Assembly: GCA_001798595.1 (NCBI GenBank)
Contig: MGSS01000144.1
Span: forward strand, 14,032 to 78,031
Direction: 5' to 3'
Origin: Deltaproteobacteria bacterium RIFCSPLOWO2_12_FULL_60_19
GTDB taxonomy: Bacteria; Desulfobacterota; Binatia; UBA9968
DNA length: 64,000 nucleotides
The notes beneath the pieces are model-generated. The model did no database searches. It was given only the letters and a program-made list of their open reading frames with translations, and was not told where the DNA came from. Both the position numbers and the translations under genes were made by a program. Below, one piece after another: positions 28,814-38,671 of this stretch; position 1 is the first letter of the stretch; every line of letters starts with the position of its first letter.

Positions 28814-29193
28814 ACGCGATCCTGCCGGTGATGGTCAACACTTATTATCCGCCGGCGCCTTCGGCCACAAGGTGTGCGCAGTTCGGCAAGGCCGTGGCCG
28901 CCGCAATCCGTGCTTTCCCCCAATCGCGGCGCGTCGTCGTCGGCTCGGGCGGACTCAGTCACACGAAGATCGACGAGGGACTGGATGCCGATCTGATCAG
29001 GGCGCTCACGAAAAACGATCAGAAGTTTCTTCAGACGATGGAATCTTCGGCCCTGGTGGAAGGCACCTCGGAGATCCGCAACTGGATCGTGACCGCGGCG
29101 GCGGCCGACCGGCCCGCGACGATCGTCGATTACCCGCCGCTTTACCGGACGCCGAACGGCGTCGGCTGCGCCATGGGATTCGCGTCCTGGTAG
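28814..29193 (+). pseudogene. C-terminal fragment of an extradiol ring-cleavage dioxygenase (LigB-like)
   Basis: ILPVMVNTYYPPAPS..RC..FG.A, GSGGLSH, GTSEIRNW, GCAMGF; the N-terminal half is absent at the inverted-repeat junction. Confidence 0.75.
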
Positions 29194-29212
29194 TAGGGGA
29201 AAGGCAGTCGGA

Positions 29213-30259
29213 TCAACGACCGCTTAGAAAAATTTCCCTGAATTCCTGGCTATACCGGTCGAATTTTTCCGACATTTCGGGACTGATGACCACGATCTTA
29301 AGCTTGGCCGGGTCGAGCTTGGGACTTTTCGGTTTGATACCCGTCCGAGCGGGAACACGGTTCATAGTAACGAGCAGCTTCTGCGCTTCTTCGGAGAGAA
29401 AGAAATCGATAAAAAGCTTAGCGGCGTTGGGATGGGGCGCCTTGGAAAGCAGGTACAATCCCACAAGCGAAGTCGCGATCGGGTCCACACTGCTTTCCCA
29501 GTCGATGGGCGCTTTCTTATCGTTCTTGAGAGTCTCGACGGTGGCGGCCAGCACGACACCCGCCGCCACTTCCCCGGCGGCGGTAAACTCCGAAATCAGA
29601 CCGTAGCTTCCCTTGATCATACGCGGGTTTTGCGCGGCCAGTTTGCGCATGAAGCTGCGGCCTTTTTCCTCCCCCATGTAATCGATCATCGTTCCGAACC
29701 ATCGGACGGTATCGTCCTTTATGCCAATAAGCTGGCCTTTCCAGCGCGGATGCAAAAGATCGTCGTAGGCCTTGGGCGCATCGACGGGTTTCACCATTCG
29801 GGTGTTATACGCGATCACGTAGAAATTGGGATAATTTCCGACCCACAACCCGTTGGGATCTTTGAACTCCGGCGGAATGAACCTGGCTTCGGGAGACCGG
29901 TAGGGCTCGAAAAAACCTTTTTTTTGGAAGAAATAGGTTTCCACAATGTTCGACTCGATTACGTCGGCCAGATACTTCCCCGCACGCTGTTCAGACGCCA
30001 GGCGGTTGAGCAGACCTTGACTTCCAGCGCGGTAGAAGTCCACCTTTAAAAACGGATATTTTTTTTCGAACGCGTCGACTATCTTTCTTCCGTCGGTTAC
30101 ATTCATCGTGCCGTACCAACCGACGCTTCCGTCCTTTTTCGCAGCTTCGATCAGCGATGCTTGCGGGCCGGCTTCCGCCCCATTTGCGCGCGCGGAGTAA
30201 CAGAAAATCGCGAGGAAAAGAGCCACCCCGAGCGTTCTACCTTTGCTTCCCGTCATCAC
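29213..30259 (-). CDS. ABC extracellular solute-binding protein, orphan
   Basis: Signal peptide, AAKKDG, AYNTRMV, DLLHPRWKG, APHPNAAKLFIDFFLSEEAQ. Confidence 0.85.
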   Translation of the reverse strand: MMTGSKGRTLGVALFLAIFCYSARANGAEAGPQASLIEAAKKDGSVGWYGTMNVTDGRKIVDAFEKKYPFLKVDFYRAGSQGLLNRLASEQRAGKYLADVIESNIVETYFFQKKGFFEPYRSPEARFIPPEFKDPNGLWVGNYPNFYVIAYNTRMVKPVDAPKAYDDLLHPRWKGQLIGIKDDTVRWFGTMIDYMGEEKGRSFMRKLAAQNPRMIKGSYGLISEFTAAGEVAAGVVLAATVETLKNDKKAPIDWESSVDPIATSLVGLYLLSKAPHPNAAKLFIDFFLSEEAQKLLVTMNRVPARTGIKPKSPKLDPAKLKIVVISPEMSEKFDRYSQEFREIFLSGR

Positions 30260-30290
30260 TTACCTATCCTTATGAAATAAAATTTATGGT

Positions 30291-31397
30291 TCAGGTATTT
30301 GTCGTTTGCGTCAGCCATTCGGTCGGGATTTGCTTACCGATCTTCTTTTGGACGGCAAGCTCATAGACTCTGGCCCCGACCGCCGCGAACTGCAGGCCCA
30401 AACCTTGCACGTTCATAAAGAAAGTGATCTGTGAGTCATCGATCCTGGTAGGCGATGACCCGGTCAGAATGTCTTCGAGAAGAGGTATCTTATCAATGTC
30501 CAAGCGGGAAAGGACATGGGATTCCCAGTCATATTCCGAGGCGACGTACGGATTGCCGTGAACGAGCTTGCCGAATTGCCCTTCGCCCGCGATATGCGTG
30601 CGGTACCGCTCTCTGGAATGGATTGCCATTACGTCGGGCCTGGATAGGGCATCACCGTCGACCTCGTAGGGCCCGATGGAACCGAAGTGGGTCCCTTGCC
30701 GTAGGTACTTGCCGCGAATAATCGGTTCCTTCGCGTTTGTCGCCGCCATGAGCAGATCCGCATCAAACAGTTCGACCGGATCATCGACGGCCCGCGTGTG
30801 GACGCCGGTTCTCTCGCTCATCCTTTCGGCGAATTCCTTCCGGTGAGCGGGATTAGGGCTGTGAATCATTATCTCCTCGAGCGGGAATATTGCGCAGAAC
30901 GCATCGATATGGGCGCTGGCTTGCCACCCCGATCCGAATAGCCCCATGCGCCGGGAGTCCTTGCGCGCCATGTATTTCGCCCCAATGGCACTGGTGGCGG
31001 CGACCCGGATCTTTTGAATATAGGAATCCGGAAAGATGGCGAGCGGCTCGCATGTTTCGAAGCTGAAAAGCTGGACTAGGCCAAGAAGCCTGCCGCCAGG
31101 CCCGCGCACATAATCCGCGCGTAACGAGCCGTACTCTCGTAGCCATTGCTGGATCGTGGCGCTACACCGCAGAGCCACTATTCCCCGCTTCGGGAGGATC
31201 CCTACCATTGTCTTAAATTCAAATTCTTTAAGTTGATTGTCTTTCGCGATAGGAACTTCGGTGTCCATGCGGAGCTGACTGATCGCTCTTCCGGCCGCCT
31301 GCTCTCGATAAGCGTCTTCTAGGACGTCAATACAGTCCTTAATGTCCAGAAGTTCTTCGACTTCCTCATTGCTGAGAATGAGTGTCATGCAAAGCAT
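30291..31397 (-). CDS. Ornithine cyclodeaminase / mu-crystallin family protein
   Basis: LILSNEEV, RVAATSAIGAKYMAR, GLFGSGWQA, GLGLQFAAVG. Confidence 0.9.
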   Translation of the reverse strand: MLCMTLILSNEEVEELLDIKDCIDVLEDAYREQAAGRAISQLRMDTEVPIAKDNQLKEFEFKTMVGILPKRGIVALRCSATIQQWLREYGSLRADYVRGPGGRLLGLVQLFSFETCEPLAIFPDSYIQKIRVAATSAIGAKYMARKDSRRMGLFGSGWQASAHIDAFCAIFPLEEIMIHSPNPAHRKEFAERMSERTGVHTRAVDDPVELFDADLLMAATNAKEPIIRGKYLRQGTHFGSIGPYEVDGDALSRPDVMAIHSRERYRTHIAGEGQFGKLVHGNPYVASEYDWESHVLSRLDIDKIPLLEDILTGSSPTRIDDSQITFFMNVQGLGLQFAAVGARVYELAVQKKIGKQIPTEWLTQTTNT

Positions 31398-31817
31398 CTC
31401 CTCCCTGCAGCGGCGCGCTGGGATTTATCCCGACGCTGTCCATAAGCTCAACTTGAATGCTTTGTACCTCAAGCAGAAATGAATGTCTAGTTCGGCGATC
31501 TGCCGATGCTTCGTTGCTATGAAGTCGAACGGCTCCAGTCCGCTGATAGGCGGAGCGCGAGCGACGCCTAGCGGCGGGAGTCTCCATCCCGCGCCGCTAC
31601 AAGCGGATGGGCTTTGCCCAAGCGAGCGACTCTTCCACTGAGCCAAACTGTTTCAATCTTCCTGCTTTCGCTTCAAACATCTCAGTAATACCAGGGATCG
31701 CGACCGATTCGCCATTCATTTTGCCACTGATCAGCAGCTTGGGCTTGTGCGTTGCCGAGCGCCGTATTGTCTCGTTTAAATGGAAGAGAGTCGGGACAAC
31801 CTTGTCATATTGCTTTA

Positions 31818-32737
31818 GGGGTCAGGTCTTGCTTCTTGTATCAGGCCTGTTTGCCAACCGGCTTACGGTAGCGTAGTGCAGGTCCAGAACATCCGCGACG
31901 TCACTCTGGCTGTACCCGTAACGATGCACCGCACGGACAACCAGGGCGTCTCGCCTGGCCTTGGTTAGCTTCCCTTCAAACAGGCTCTTGAGTGTCGGCC
32001 GGCTTAAGTATCTCTGGCTCCTAGGAATCTCTGTGACGGCCTCGTAACCTTTTACATACCCCCTGAGCCTCTCTACAAAGTCCTCTTCCCCCAACAATAC
32101 CTGGGCTTGCATCTTCTCCCAGATCGACGGCCGATCGATCCCTTCTCTGACAAATCGACGGTAGTGTCTAGCGGCCGAGTATCTTCTCTTACCAAACTGA
32201 CTCAACACCCAATCGACGGAGAGCCACGGGAGGTGCTTTTCCAGCCCTGCTGTAGCCCCGTAACTGCTCCACTTCCATTGCTCGACTCTCTTTACGGCCT
32301 TGGCCCTGACGGGGTTTAGCGCCACGTAGCGACAGACTTCCAAAAGGTGGCTGTCTTTTTGTATCAGCACGGCCTTGTAGCGGCCTTGAAACAGATGCCC
32401 TACCGTTCGGTGGCGTCGATTATAGAGTTGGGTGTAGACGCCGTTGAGCTGGCGCATCCCCTTGGAGAGATTAGCCTCCGGTGTTTCAATCACCAGGTGA
32501 TAGTGGTTATCCATCAGACAGTAGGCGTGGCAGAGCCAGTTAAAGCGGTTGACGACCTTGCCCAGGACCTCCAGGAAGGCTTTGCGGTCCCCATCGTCAT
32601 CGAAGATGTCCTCTCGGGCGTTGCCCCGGGAGGTCACATGGTAGACCGCACCGTCAAATTCCACTCGGAGAGGACGAGCCATGATTCACGGAACTATCAA
32701 GATAAGCCATCGATAGCAAGAAACAAGACCTGACCCC
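31818..32737. mobile_element. RAYT element 2 with terminal inverted repeats
   Basis: GGGGTCAGGTCTTGCTTCTTG (31818-31838) versus CAAGAAACAAGACCTGACCCC (32717-32737), 20/21 match. Confidence 0.8.
31822..32682 (-). CDS. REP-associated tyrosine transposase (HuH/Y1) with C-terminal HTH
   Basis: MARPLR...YHVTSRGN, LMDNHYHL, GHLFQGRY, YVALNPVRA, WKWSSY, HYATVSR. Confidence 0.93.
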   Translation of the reverse strand: MARPLRVEFDGAVYHVTSRGNAREDIFDDDGDRKAFLEVLGKVVNRFNWLCHAYCLMDNHYHLVIETPEANLSKGMRQLNGVYTQLYNRRHRTVGHLFQGRYKAVLIQKDSHLLEVCRYVALNPVRAKAVKRVEQWKWSSYGATAGLEKHLPWLSVDWVLSQFGKRRYSAARHYRRFVREGIDRPSIWEKMQAQVLLGEEDFVERLRGYVKGYEAVTEIPRSQRYLSRPTLKSLFEGKLTKARRDALVVRAVHRYGYSQSDVADVLDLHYATVSRLANRPDTRSKT

Positions 32738-32777
32738 GACATGTGTTGGAGCGGGGCATGCAAGAGAAAAGGCGCGC

Positions 32778-32814
32778 AAAAAACGAAGGGCCGCCTGTTT
32801 AGACGGCCCTTCGT
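32778..32814 (-). terminator. Rho-independent terminator of the Kelch/PKD gene
   Basis: ACGAAGGGCC...GGCCCTTCGT stem followed by a T-run on the minus strand. Confidence 0.75.
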
Positions 32815-32838
32815 GGTCCAGCAACCGGGAATCCGCGA

Positions 32839-35017
32839 CTACGGCAGCGTTGAGTTGTAGAGCTGCCCGTCATCAACGGCAGAGCTACCCGGTTTCATGC
32901 TCTTCGGCACACTCACCTCGACCGATCCGGCGCAGCTTCCGCCCTGGCCGTCGTCTGCCGTGAAGCCAACGCGATAGACCCGGCCGTTGCTATTGCCGGA
33001 GCGCTCCGCCCTGAGCAGCACGGTGCTTCCCTGGATTACTGCATCCGGGCTGGTGTCGCCGTCGCCCAGACCGTTCACCCGCTCATCCTGGGTTACGCCT
33101 GTTATGGTGATTGTCACGCCGTCATTGTTCGGATCGCTGACGCCTACGATCCCGACCGACACCAGCTTGTGGTTCGGCGGCCAGAGCCGCGATGGACTAG
33201 CCTGCGCAAGTTGGCAGATCGGAGGATCATTGACGTTCTGAACGGTAATGCTGACCCACTCATCGGGCTCGCCAGCCGCAGGATTGTTGCTCAACTGACC
33301 GTCGCTTACGCTAAGTTTAAACACCAGCGTATCCCCGCCGGGTCCCACCGGAGGCGCTGTGAAGCTAGGCGTCGCTGTGTCAGCCCCAGTTAGAGTCACC
33401 AGTGTCCCGCCGGTTTGTACCCAGCTGTATGTAATCGCATCCCCGTCCGGGTCGCTGCTGGCGGTACCATTCAGTGTCACCAGCGCCCCTTCGTCCTTCG
33501 TCTGGTCAGCACCGGCGTTAGCGACGGGCGCATGGTTTACCTGCTCGACGGTTACCTGGACCGTATCCGTGTCGAAGAGATAGCCGTCGGAGACAGTCAA
33601 CTCGAAGGTCAAAATCTCGAACCCGCCGACACCGCCGGGAATGAGCGGGGCCGTGAAGCTAGGCGTTGCAGTGTCGGGCCCAGTGAGAGTTACCAGCGTC
33701 CCGCCGGTTTGCACCCAGCTGTACGTGATAGCATCGAGATCCGGGTCGAAGCTGGCGCTGCCGTCGAGCATTACCGGCGCATCCTCGTTGACCGTTTGGT
33801 CACCGCCGGCATGCGCCTCCGGCGCGAGATTCACATTACCGACGGGGATTCCGTTCGCATCAGTCAGCACCCAGACGTCGTTCAGGGCGAAGAACTCAGC
33901 TCCAGAGCAACCGCCGCTGCAGCTGCGTCCTGCGAACATGACCATCCGGTTCGTCGCCGGGTTATAGACGGCGGTAGGGGAGCTTCGCCCGCGGGGTGGC
34001 CCGCCGGTGGGAAAAAGCTGCGTCCAATTTGGGGTACCTCCTAGTCCGTTGGCAACCTCAAGGACCCACACATCGTTAAGATTGCCCGCAACGTTTCGGT
34101 CGCCACCGAAGACCGTCATCCGGTTCGTCGCCTGGTCGTAAACCGCCGTGTGCATCGAGCGCGAGGGAGGGGGCCCACCGGTGGGGAAAAGCTGGGTCCA
34201 GGTGGGCGACCCCAATCCGTTGGCGTTCTGCAACACCCAGACATCGTCGGACGGACACGGCCCCCCGTCTACGCACCCCGAAAACACGATCATCCTGTTG
34301 TTTGTCGCATCATAGACCGCTATGTGTTCCGACCTTGCAGACGGCGGCCCGCCGGTGGGGAAAAGCTGGGTCCAGGTGGGCGACCCCAATCCGTTGGCGT
34401 TCTGCAACACCCAGACAGCGTTACTGTTGGCGCTGCAAGCGTTGCTCCTGCCGCCGAAGACGACCATGCGGTTCATAGCGGCATCGTAGACGGCCGTGGG
34501 TCCTTGACGAAGGTTGGGTGGCCCACCGGTGGGGCTGAGTTGCGACCAATTGGGCGTTCCGCCTGTCCCATCGGCGTTGGTAAGTACCCAGACATCATTG
34601 ACCGCACCAAAACAAGAACCAATGTTGGGATCTCCGGCAAACACAATCATGCGGTTGTTCACCACATCGTACACAGCACTATGGTAGCCCCGGGCACTTG
34701 GTGGCCCGCCAGTGGGGAAAAGCTGCGTCCAGGTGGGCGTCCCTCCCAATCCGTCGGCATTGGTCAGCACCCAGACATCGTTGAACAGAGGGTGCCCTGT
34801 AATCACTCCAGGGCCATTCATTCCCCCGAACACGATCATACGGTTATTGGTCGAGTTGAAGACCGCGGTATGGAGAACCCTTACGCCTGGTGGGCCGCCG
34901 ATCGGGCTAAGCTGCGTCCATGTCTGCGCCGCCGCCTGGCCGACCAGGGCGAAGACGAGAAGAAGGATTACCCCCCCCCCCAAGTAACGGTTTGAACATT
35001 CGGCTTGTGTTTTTCAT
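32839..35017 (-). CDS. Secreted Kelch-like beta-propeller + 2 PKD/REJ domains + C-terminal LWPPNHK-type domain; frameshifted at a G11 tract in the signal peptide
   Basis: Six TWTQL.PTGGPP..R..H.AVYD...NRM.VF.G...DVWVL repeats; two P.A.AG.DQ..LDG..S.DPD.D.ITYSW.Q units. ATG 35017 is in frame only with G10. Confidence 0.85.
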
Positions 35018-35166
35018 GACGCTGCTGTCCTTTCCGCCCATTTTAGGCAATGGCAGATAACTATGAGGTGCCCCGCTCTAGCAGTGGGCAAAGAGGTTGT
35101 CAAGTTCTTAGTCGGGATTTTTTTCCTGGCTTGATCTGGCGGATTTTTGATGTTATCGGGAACGAC

Positions 35167-36162
35167 GTGCGGATCGATATTGAATTCAATTCCGGCGCGC
35201 AACTCCCTATGGACGCGATTCCGGAGCTGGCGCGGTTGGCGGAAGAGCATGGCTTTGGCTGCGCGTGGGGCGGAGAGGCGAATAATAAAGATCCGACGGT
35301 GATGTTGTCGGCCATTGCCGCGGTCACCAGGCGCCTTCAGGTCGGATCGGCGGTCTATCACATTCTCGGCCGGACGCCGGCGACGCTGGCTTTGCAGGCA
35401 GCGGGGCTCGATGAATTGTCCGGCGGTCGATTTCTGCTCGGACTCGGCGTCTCGAATCCGACCATAGCCAGATGGCACGGCGTGCCGAACGATCATCCTC
35501 TCGGCCGCGTCAAAGAGTATCTCGATATCGTGCGACTGGCGATGAGCGGCGAGAAGCTCAATTTTGAGGGCAAATATTTCTCGTCGCAGGCGTTCAAGAT
35601 GGCCTTCAAGCCGTCGGGCAGGAAGGTTCCGATCTACCTCGCGGCCTTCGGCCCGAAGATGAGCCGGTTGGCGGGCGCGGCGACCGACGGCGTCATGATC
35701 AACATGGCCAATCCGGGAGAGATGCGCCGCATCGTGGAAGATGTCCGGCAGGGCGCCGATGAGGCCGGCAAAAACTTCAAGGAACTGGAAATCATCTGCA
35801 AGATACGCTGTTCCGTGGCGAAGGACTATGCCACCGCGCGCGAGGCGCTGAGCCACGCGCTGACTTACTATGCGCTGGCCGACTATTATCGTGTTCTTTT
35901 GACGCGGATGGGATTCGGCGCCGAGGTCGAGGCGATGCGCGCGGCGTGGCACTCCGGCGGCTTTCACGCGGCGAGGGCTCTGGTTTCGGACCGGCTGTTC
36001 GCCGGCCTGCCGCTGGTGCCCGCGACCTCCGTGGAAGAGATCAAGGAAAAGATCGAGCCGTATCGGGACGCCGGTGCGACGCGGATTATTCTCCCGTACG
36101 TGGCGTCGTCGGGAGAAACCGAGATGGTCGACGAGTTGAGAGAGTTTATCAACGCGTGGTGA
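35167..36162 (+). CDS. LLM-class flavin/F420-dependent oxidoreductase
   Basis: LAEEHGF, LDELSGGRFLLGLG, PIYLAAFGPKM..LAG..TDGV; GTG start inferred. Confidence 0.9.
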   Translation: MRIDIEFNSGAQLPMDAIPELARLAEEHGFGCAWGGEANNKDPTVMLSAIAAVTRRLQVGSAVYHILGRTPATLALQAAGLDELSGGRFLLGLGVSNPTIARWHGVPNDHPLGRVKEYLDIVRLAMSGEKLNFEGKYFSSQAFKMAFKPSGRKVPIYLAAFGPKMSRLAGAATDGVMINMANPGEMRRIVEDVRQGADEAGKNFKELEIICKIRCSVAKDYATAREALSHALTYYALADYYRVLLTRMGFGAEVEAMRAAWHSGGFHAARALVSDRLFAGLPLVPATSVEEIKEKIEPYRDAGATRIILPYVASSGETEMVDELREFINAW

Positions 36163-36190
36163 AGCAGCGGGTTGAATCGTGTACCGTGCC

Positions 36191-36268
36191 GTCATTCCGG
36201 CCAAGCTCGCGGTAGCGGGCGCGAGCCGGAACCCAGAAAGACTGGATTCCCGCTTTCGCGGGAAAGAC
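36191..36268. repeat. dRS3/REP-like palindrome
   Basis: gtcattccggc...gccggaacccag...ctggattcccgctttcgcgggaaagac. Confidence 0.8.
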
Positions 36269-36300
36269 GCAAGGAGCAGAGCGTCAATTGAGAGGTTGCT

Positions 36301-36702
36301 ATGCCGTTTGAGTTGCTGAATCCGCAGGGATTGGAAAAACCGGTCGGTTATGCGCATGTCGCAAAGATCACGGGCGGGAAAATCGTTTACGTCGCTGGGC
36401 AGGCGCCGTTCGATGCCGATGGAGCGGTGGTGGGGAAGGGCGATTTTGCCCGCCAGTTTCGTCAGGTCATACACAATCTGAAGCTCGCGGTCGAGGGCGT
36501 GGGCGGGAGGCCGAATCAGTTTGCCGTGCTGACCATGTACTTGACCGACCTTCCGGCCTATCTTGCCGCCAAGAAAGAAATCGGCGCCGCCTATCGCGAA
36601 GTCTTCGGCAAATATTTCCCGGCGATCACGCTCGTCGAGGTCAAGAGCCTCTATCATGCGGACTGTATGGTCGAGATCTCGGGCGTCGCGGTAATTGACT
36701 AG
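36301..36702 (+). CDS. RidA/YjgF-family protein
   Basis: GYAHVA, YVAGQ, FPAITLVEV..L....MVEI. Confidence 0.92.
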   Translation: MPFELLNPQGLEKPVGYAHVAKITGGKIVYVAGQAPFDADGAVVGKGDFARQFRQVIHNLKLAVEGVGGRPNQFAVLTMYLTDLPAYLAAKKEIGAAYREVFGKYFPAITLVEVKSLYHADCMVEISGVAVID

Positions 36703-36736
36703 CAGGCCGTTTCTAAATCCGTGAAATTTTTTGAAC

Positions 36737-36825
36737 GTCATTCCGGCCAACCCCCGCGATAGCGGGGGGCGAGCCGGAATCCAGGGAATTTCGGGAGTAC
36801 TGGATTCCCGCTTTCGCGGGAGTGA
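36737..36825. repeat. dRS3/REP-like palindrome interrupted by the intron (continues CGAC at 38672)
   Basis: gtcattccggc...gccggaatccag...ctggattcccgctttcgcgggagtga|intron|c. Confidence 0.8.
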
Positions 36826-38671
36826 GTGCGCCCGTGAAGGCGCCACATCAGCATGGTGAAAGTCCATGCCGGAGTATGCCACAGCTCCGTAGCCGAAGGT
36901 AACTGCGTCGCCCCTAGGCGAGGTGGGGAGCAACCGGAGGCGAACTGTCGGTCCGTAGGAGGACGAACTCGATTCGGCGGGGAGCTGCGACGAGCCTGCT
37001 CATTCATGGCGAAGTCCGAAAGTCGCTGGACACGCTGGCGTGGTGGGTGAAGCGATGTTCAGGCAGCCCACGTGGTTGGAGACGGAACGACGGGAAGGTG
37101 TGGTGCAGTAAGCGGGGAGACCTGCACGGTAGGTGAGCGGTGCAGGAGTCAGAGTCTCCATAGTACCGATGCGGGGCAACCTGCGAGAGGTGCGGGAAGC
37201 AAAACCGCGCTGAGGGAAGGGAGATAGGAAGGTGGAAGCGTGAGCGACACAACGGGGCAAAGCGAAAGCGAAGCGTCGGTAGTGCCCGAAGGGGCTACAC
37301 AAGGCGCAGAGACCCAGGGCCGAGATTGGTCGTGGGTGGAAGCCGAGGTGTGGAGCGAGCGCATGTTGGCGGCGCTGGAGAACGGCGTCAAAGGAGGCAA
37401 ATGGTTTAGCCTGATCGACAAGGTCTATCGTCCGGCAACGCTTGAGGCGGCGTGGCGCAAGGTAGCCGCGAACGCGGGAGCAGCCGGAGTAGACGGGCAA
37501 AGTGTTGAGCAGTTTGCGGCGCGAGCGGAAACGTATCTCGAAGAACTGGGAGAAGCGCTCAAGACGGGGAGCTACAAGCCGCTGGCCGTGCGGCGCGTGG
37601 AGATTCCGAAGGGGCAGGGAAAGCTGCGTCCCCTGGGGATTCCGGCGGTCAAAGACCGCATCGTGCAAACGGCGTTGAAGCTTGTGATCGAGCCGATCTT
37701 TGAGCGTGAGTTCCTGGACATGAGCTACGGTTTTCGTCCGGGTCGTGGCTGCAAAGACGCTTTGCGAGAAGTGGACCGGCTGCTCAGAGGAGGTTACACC
37801 CGCGTGGTGGACGCCGATCTTTCGAGCTACTTCGACACGATTCCTCACGCGCGTCTGATGGAGCGGGTGGGGGAGCGCGTGAGCGATGGCCGGTTGCTTC
37901 AGTTGATCGCAGCGTTTCTGCAACAAGACATCGTCAAGGGACTGGAGAGGTGGACGCCCGTAGGGGGCACGCCGCAAGGCGCGGTGATCAGCCCCTTGTT
38001 GGCGAACATCTACCTTCACTCGCTGGACTGTCATATGCGGGAACGCGGTTATCGGATGGTGCGCTACGCTGATGACTTCGTGGTGCTGTGCCGCAGCGCC
38101 GAACAGGCGCAAGCGGCACTTGCCGAGGTAAAAGCCTGGGTAGAAGCAAATGGCCTGAGTCTCAATGCCGACAAGACCCATGTGGGTGACTGCCGGGAAC
38201 CGGGCCAGGGCTTTGAATTTCTGGGCTATCGCTTCGAGGCGGGGCGGCGTTGGGTACGGCGCAAGAGCATCAGAGCGCTGCGTGACCGTATCCGGGCCAA
38301 GACCAGTCGCACACGGGGAGACAGTCTGCGTCATATGATTGCGGACTTGAACCCGCTGCTCAAGGGCTGGTTCGGCTACTTCAAGCATGCTCATCCGATG
38401 ACCTTTAGCGGGATGGACGGCTTTACTCGCAGACGGCTGAGGGCGGTCCTGCGCAAGCAGGAGAAACGCCCTGGCCTGGGTCGGTGTCTGGCCGATCATC
38501 TTAGGTGGTCCAAAGTTTTCTTTGCCGACTTGGGACTCTTCACCATGACGGAGGCCCATGCACTGGCAAGCCGATCCCGATGAGGAAACCACCGACTGGA
38601 GAGCCGTGTGCGGGAGAACCGCACGCACGGTTCGGAGGGCGGGGAGAGCGAAAGCTCTTCCCGACCCCTAT
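36826..38671 (+). mobile_element. Group II intron
   Basis: 5' GTGCG; domain V GAGCCGTGTGCGGGAGAACCGCACGCACGGTTC; domain VI ending ACCCCTAT; internal reverse-transcriptase ORF. Confidence 0.93.
37240..38583 (+). CDS. ltrA: Group II intron reverse transcriptase/maturase, no endonuclease domain
   Basis: GAAGVDG, RPLGIP..KDRIVQ, YGFRPGR, GTPQG.VISPLLANIYL, RYADDF, FEFLGY, X-domain GWFGYF. Confidence 0.96.
   Translation: MSDTTGQSESEASVVPEGATQGAETQGRDWSWVEAEVWSERMLAALENGVKGGKWFSLIDKVYRPATLEAAWRKVAANAGAAGVDGQSVEQFAARAETYLEELGEALKTGSYKPLAVRRVEIPKGQGKLRPLGIPAVKDRIVQTALKLVIEPIFEREFLDMSYGFRPGRGCKDALREVDRLLRGGYTRVVDADLSSYFDTIPHARLMERVGERVSDGRLLQLIAAFLQQDIVKGLERWTPVGGTPQGAVISPLLANIYLHSLDCHMRERGYRMVRYADDFVVLCRSAEQAQAALAEVKAWVEANGLSLNADKTHVGDCREPGQGFEFLGYRFEAGRRWVRRKSIRALRDRIRAKTSRTRGDSLRHMIADLNPLLKGWFGYFKHAHPMTFSGMDGFTRRRLRAVLRKQEKRPGLGRCLADHLRWSKVFFADLGLFTMTEAHALASRSR

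Noticed and set aside
33900-34920. CRISPR array or DGR template/variable repeat pair suggested by DNA repeats near an RT
   Set aside because: The repeats are in-frame Kelch blades without adenine-specific mismatches or unique spacers, and the RT lies within a complete group II intron.
35014-38628. Long antisense ORFs (639 aa and 542 aa) and similar shadow ORFs across the window
   Set aside because: They lie opposite well-supported genes, have no motifs, and are expected in GC-rich DNA.
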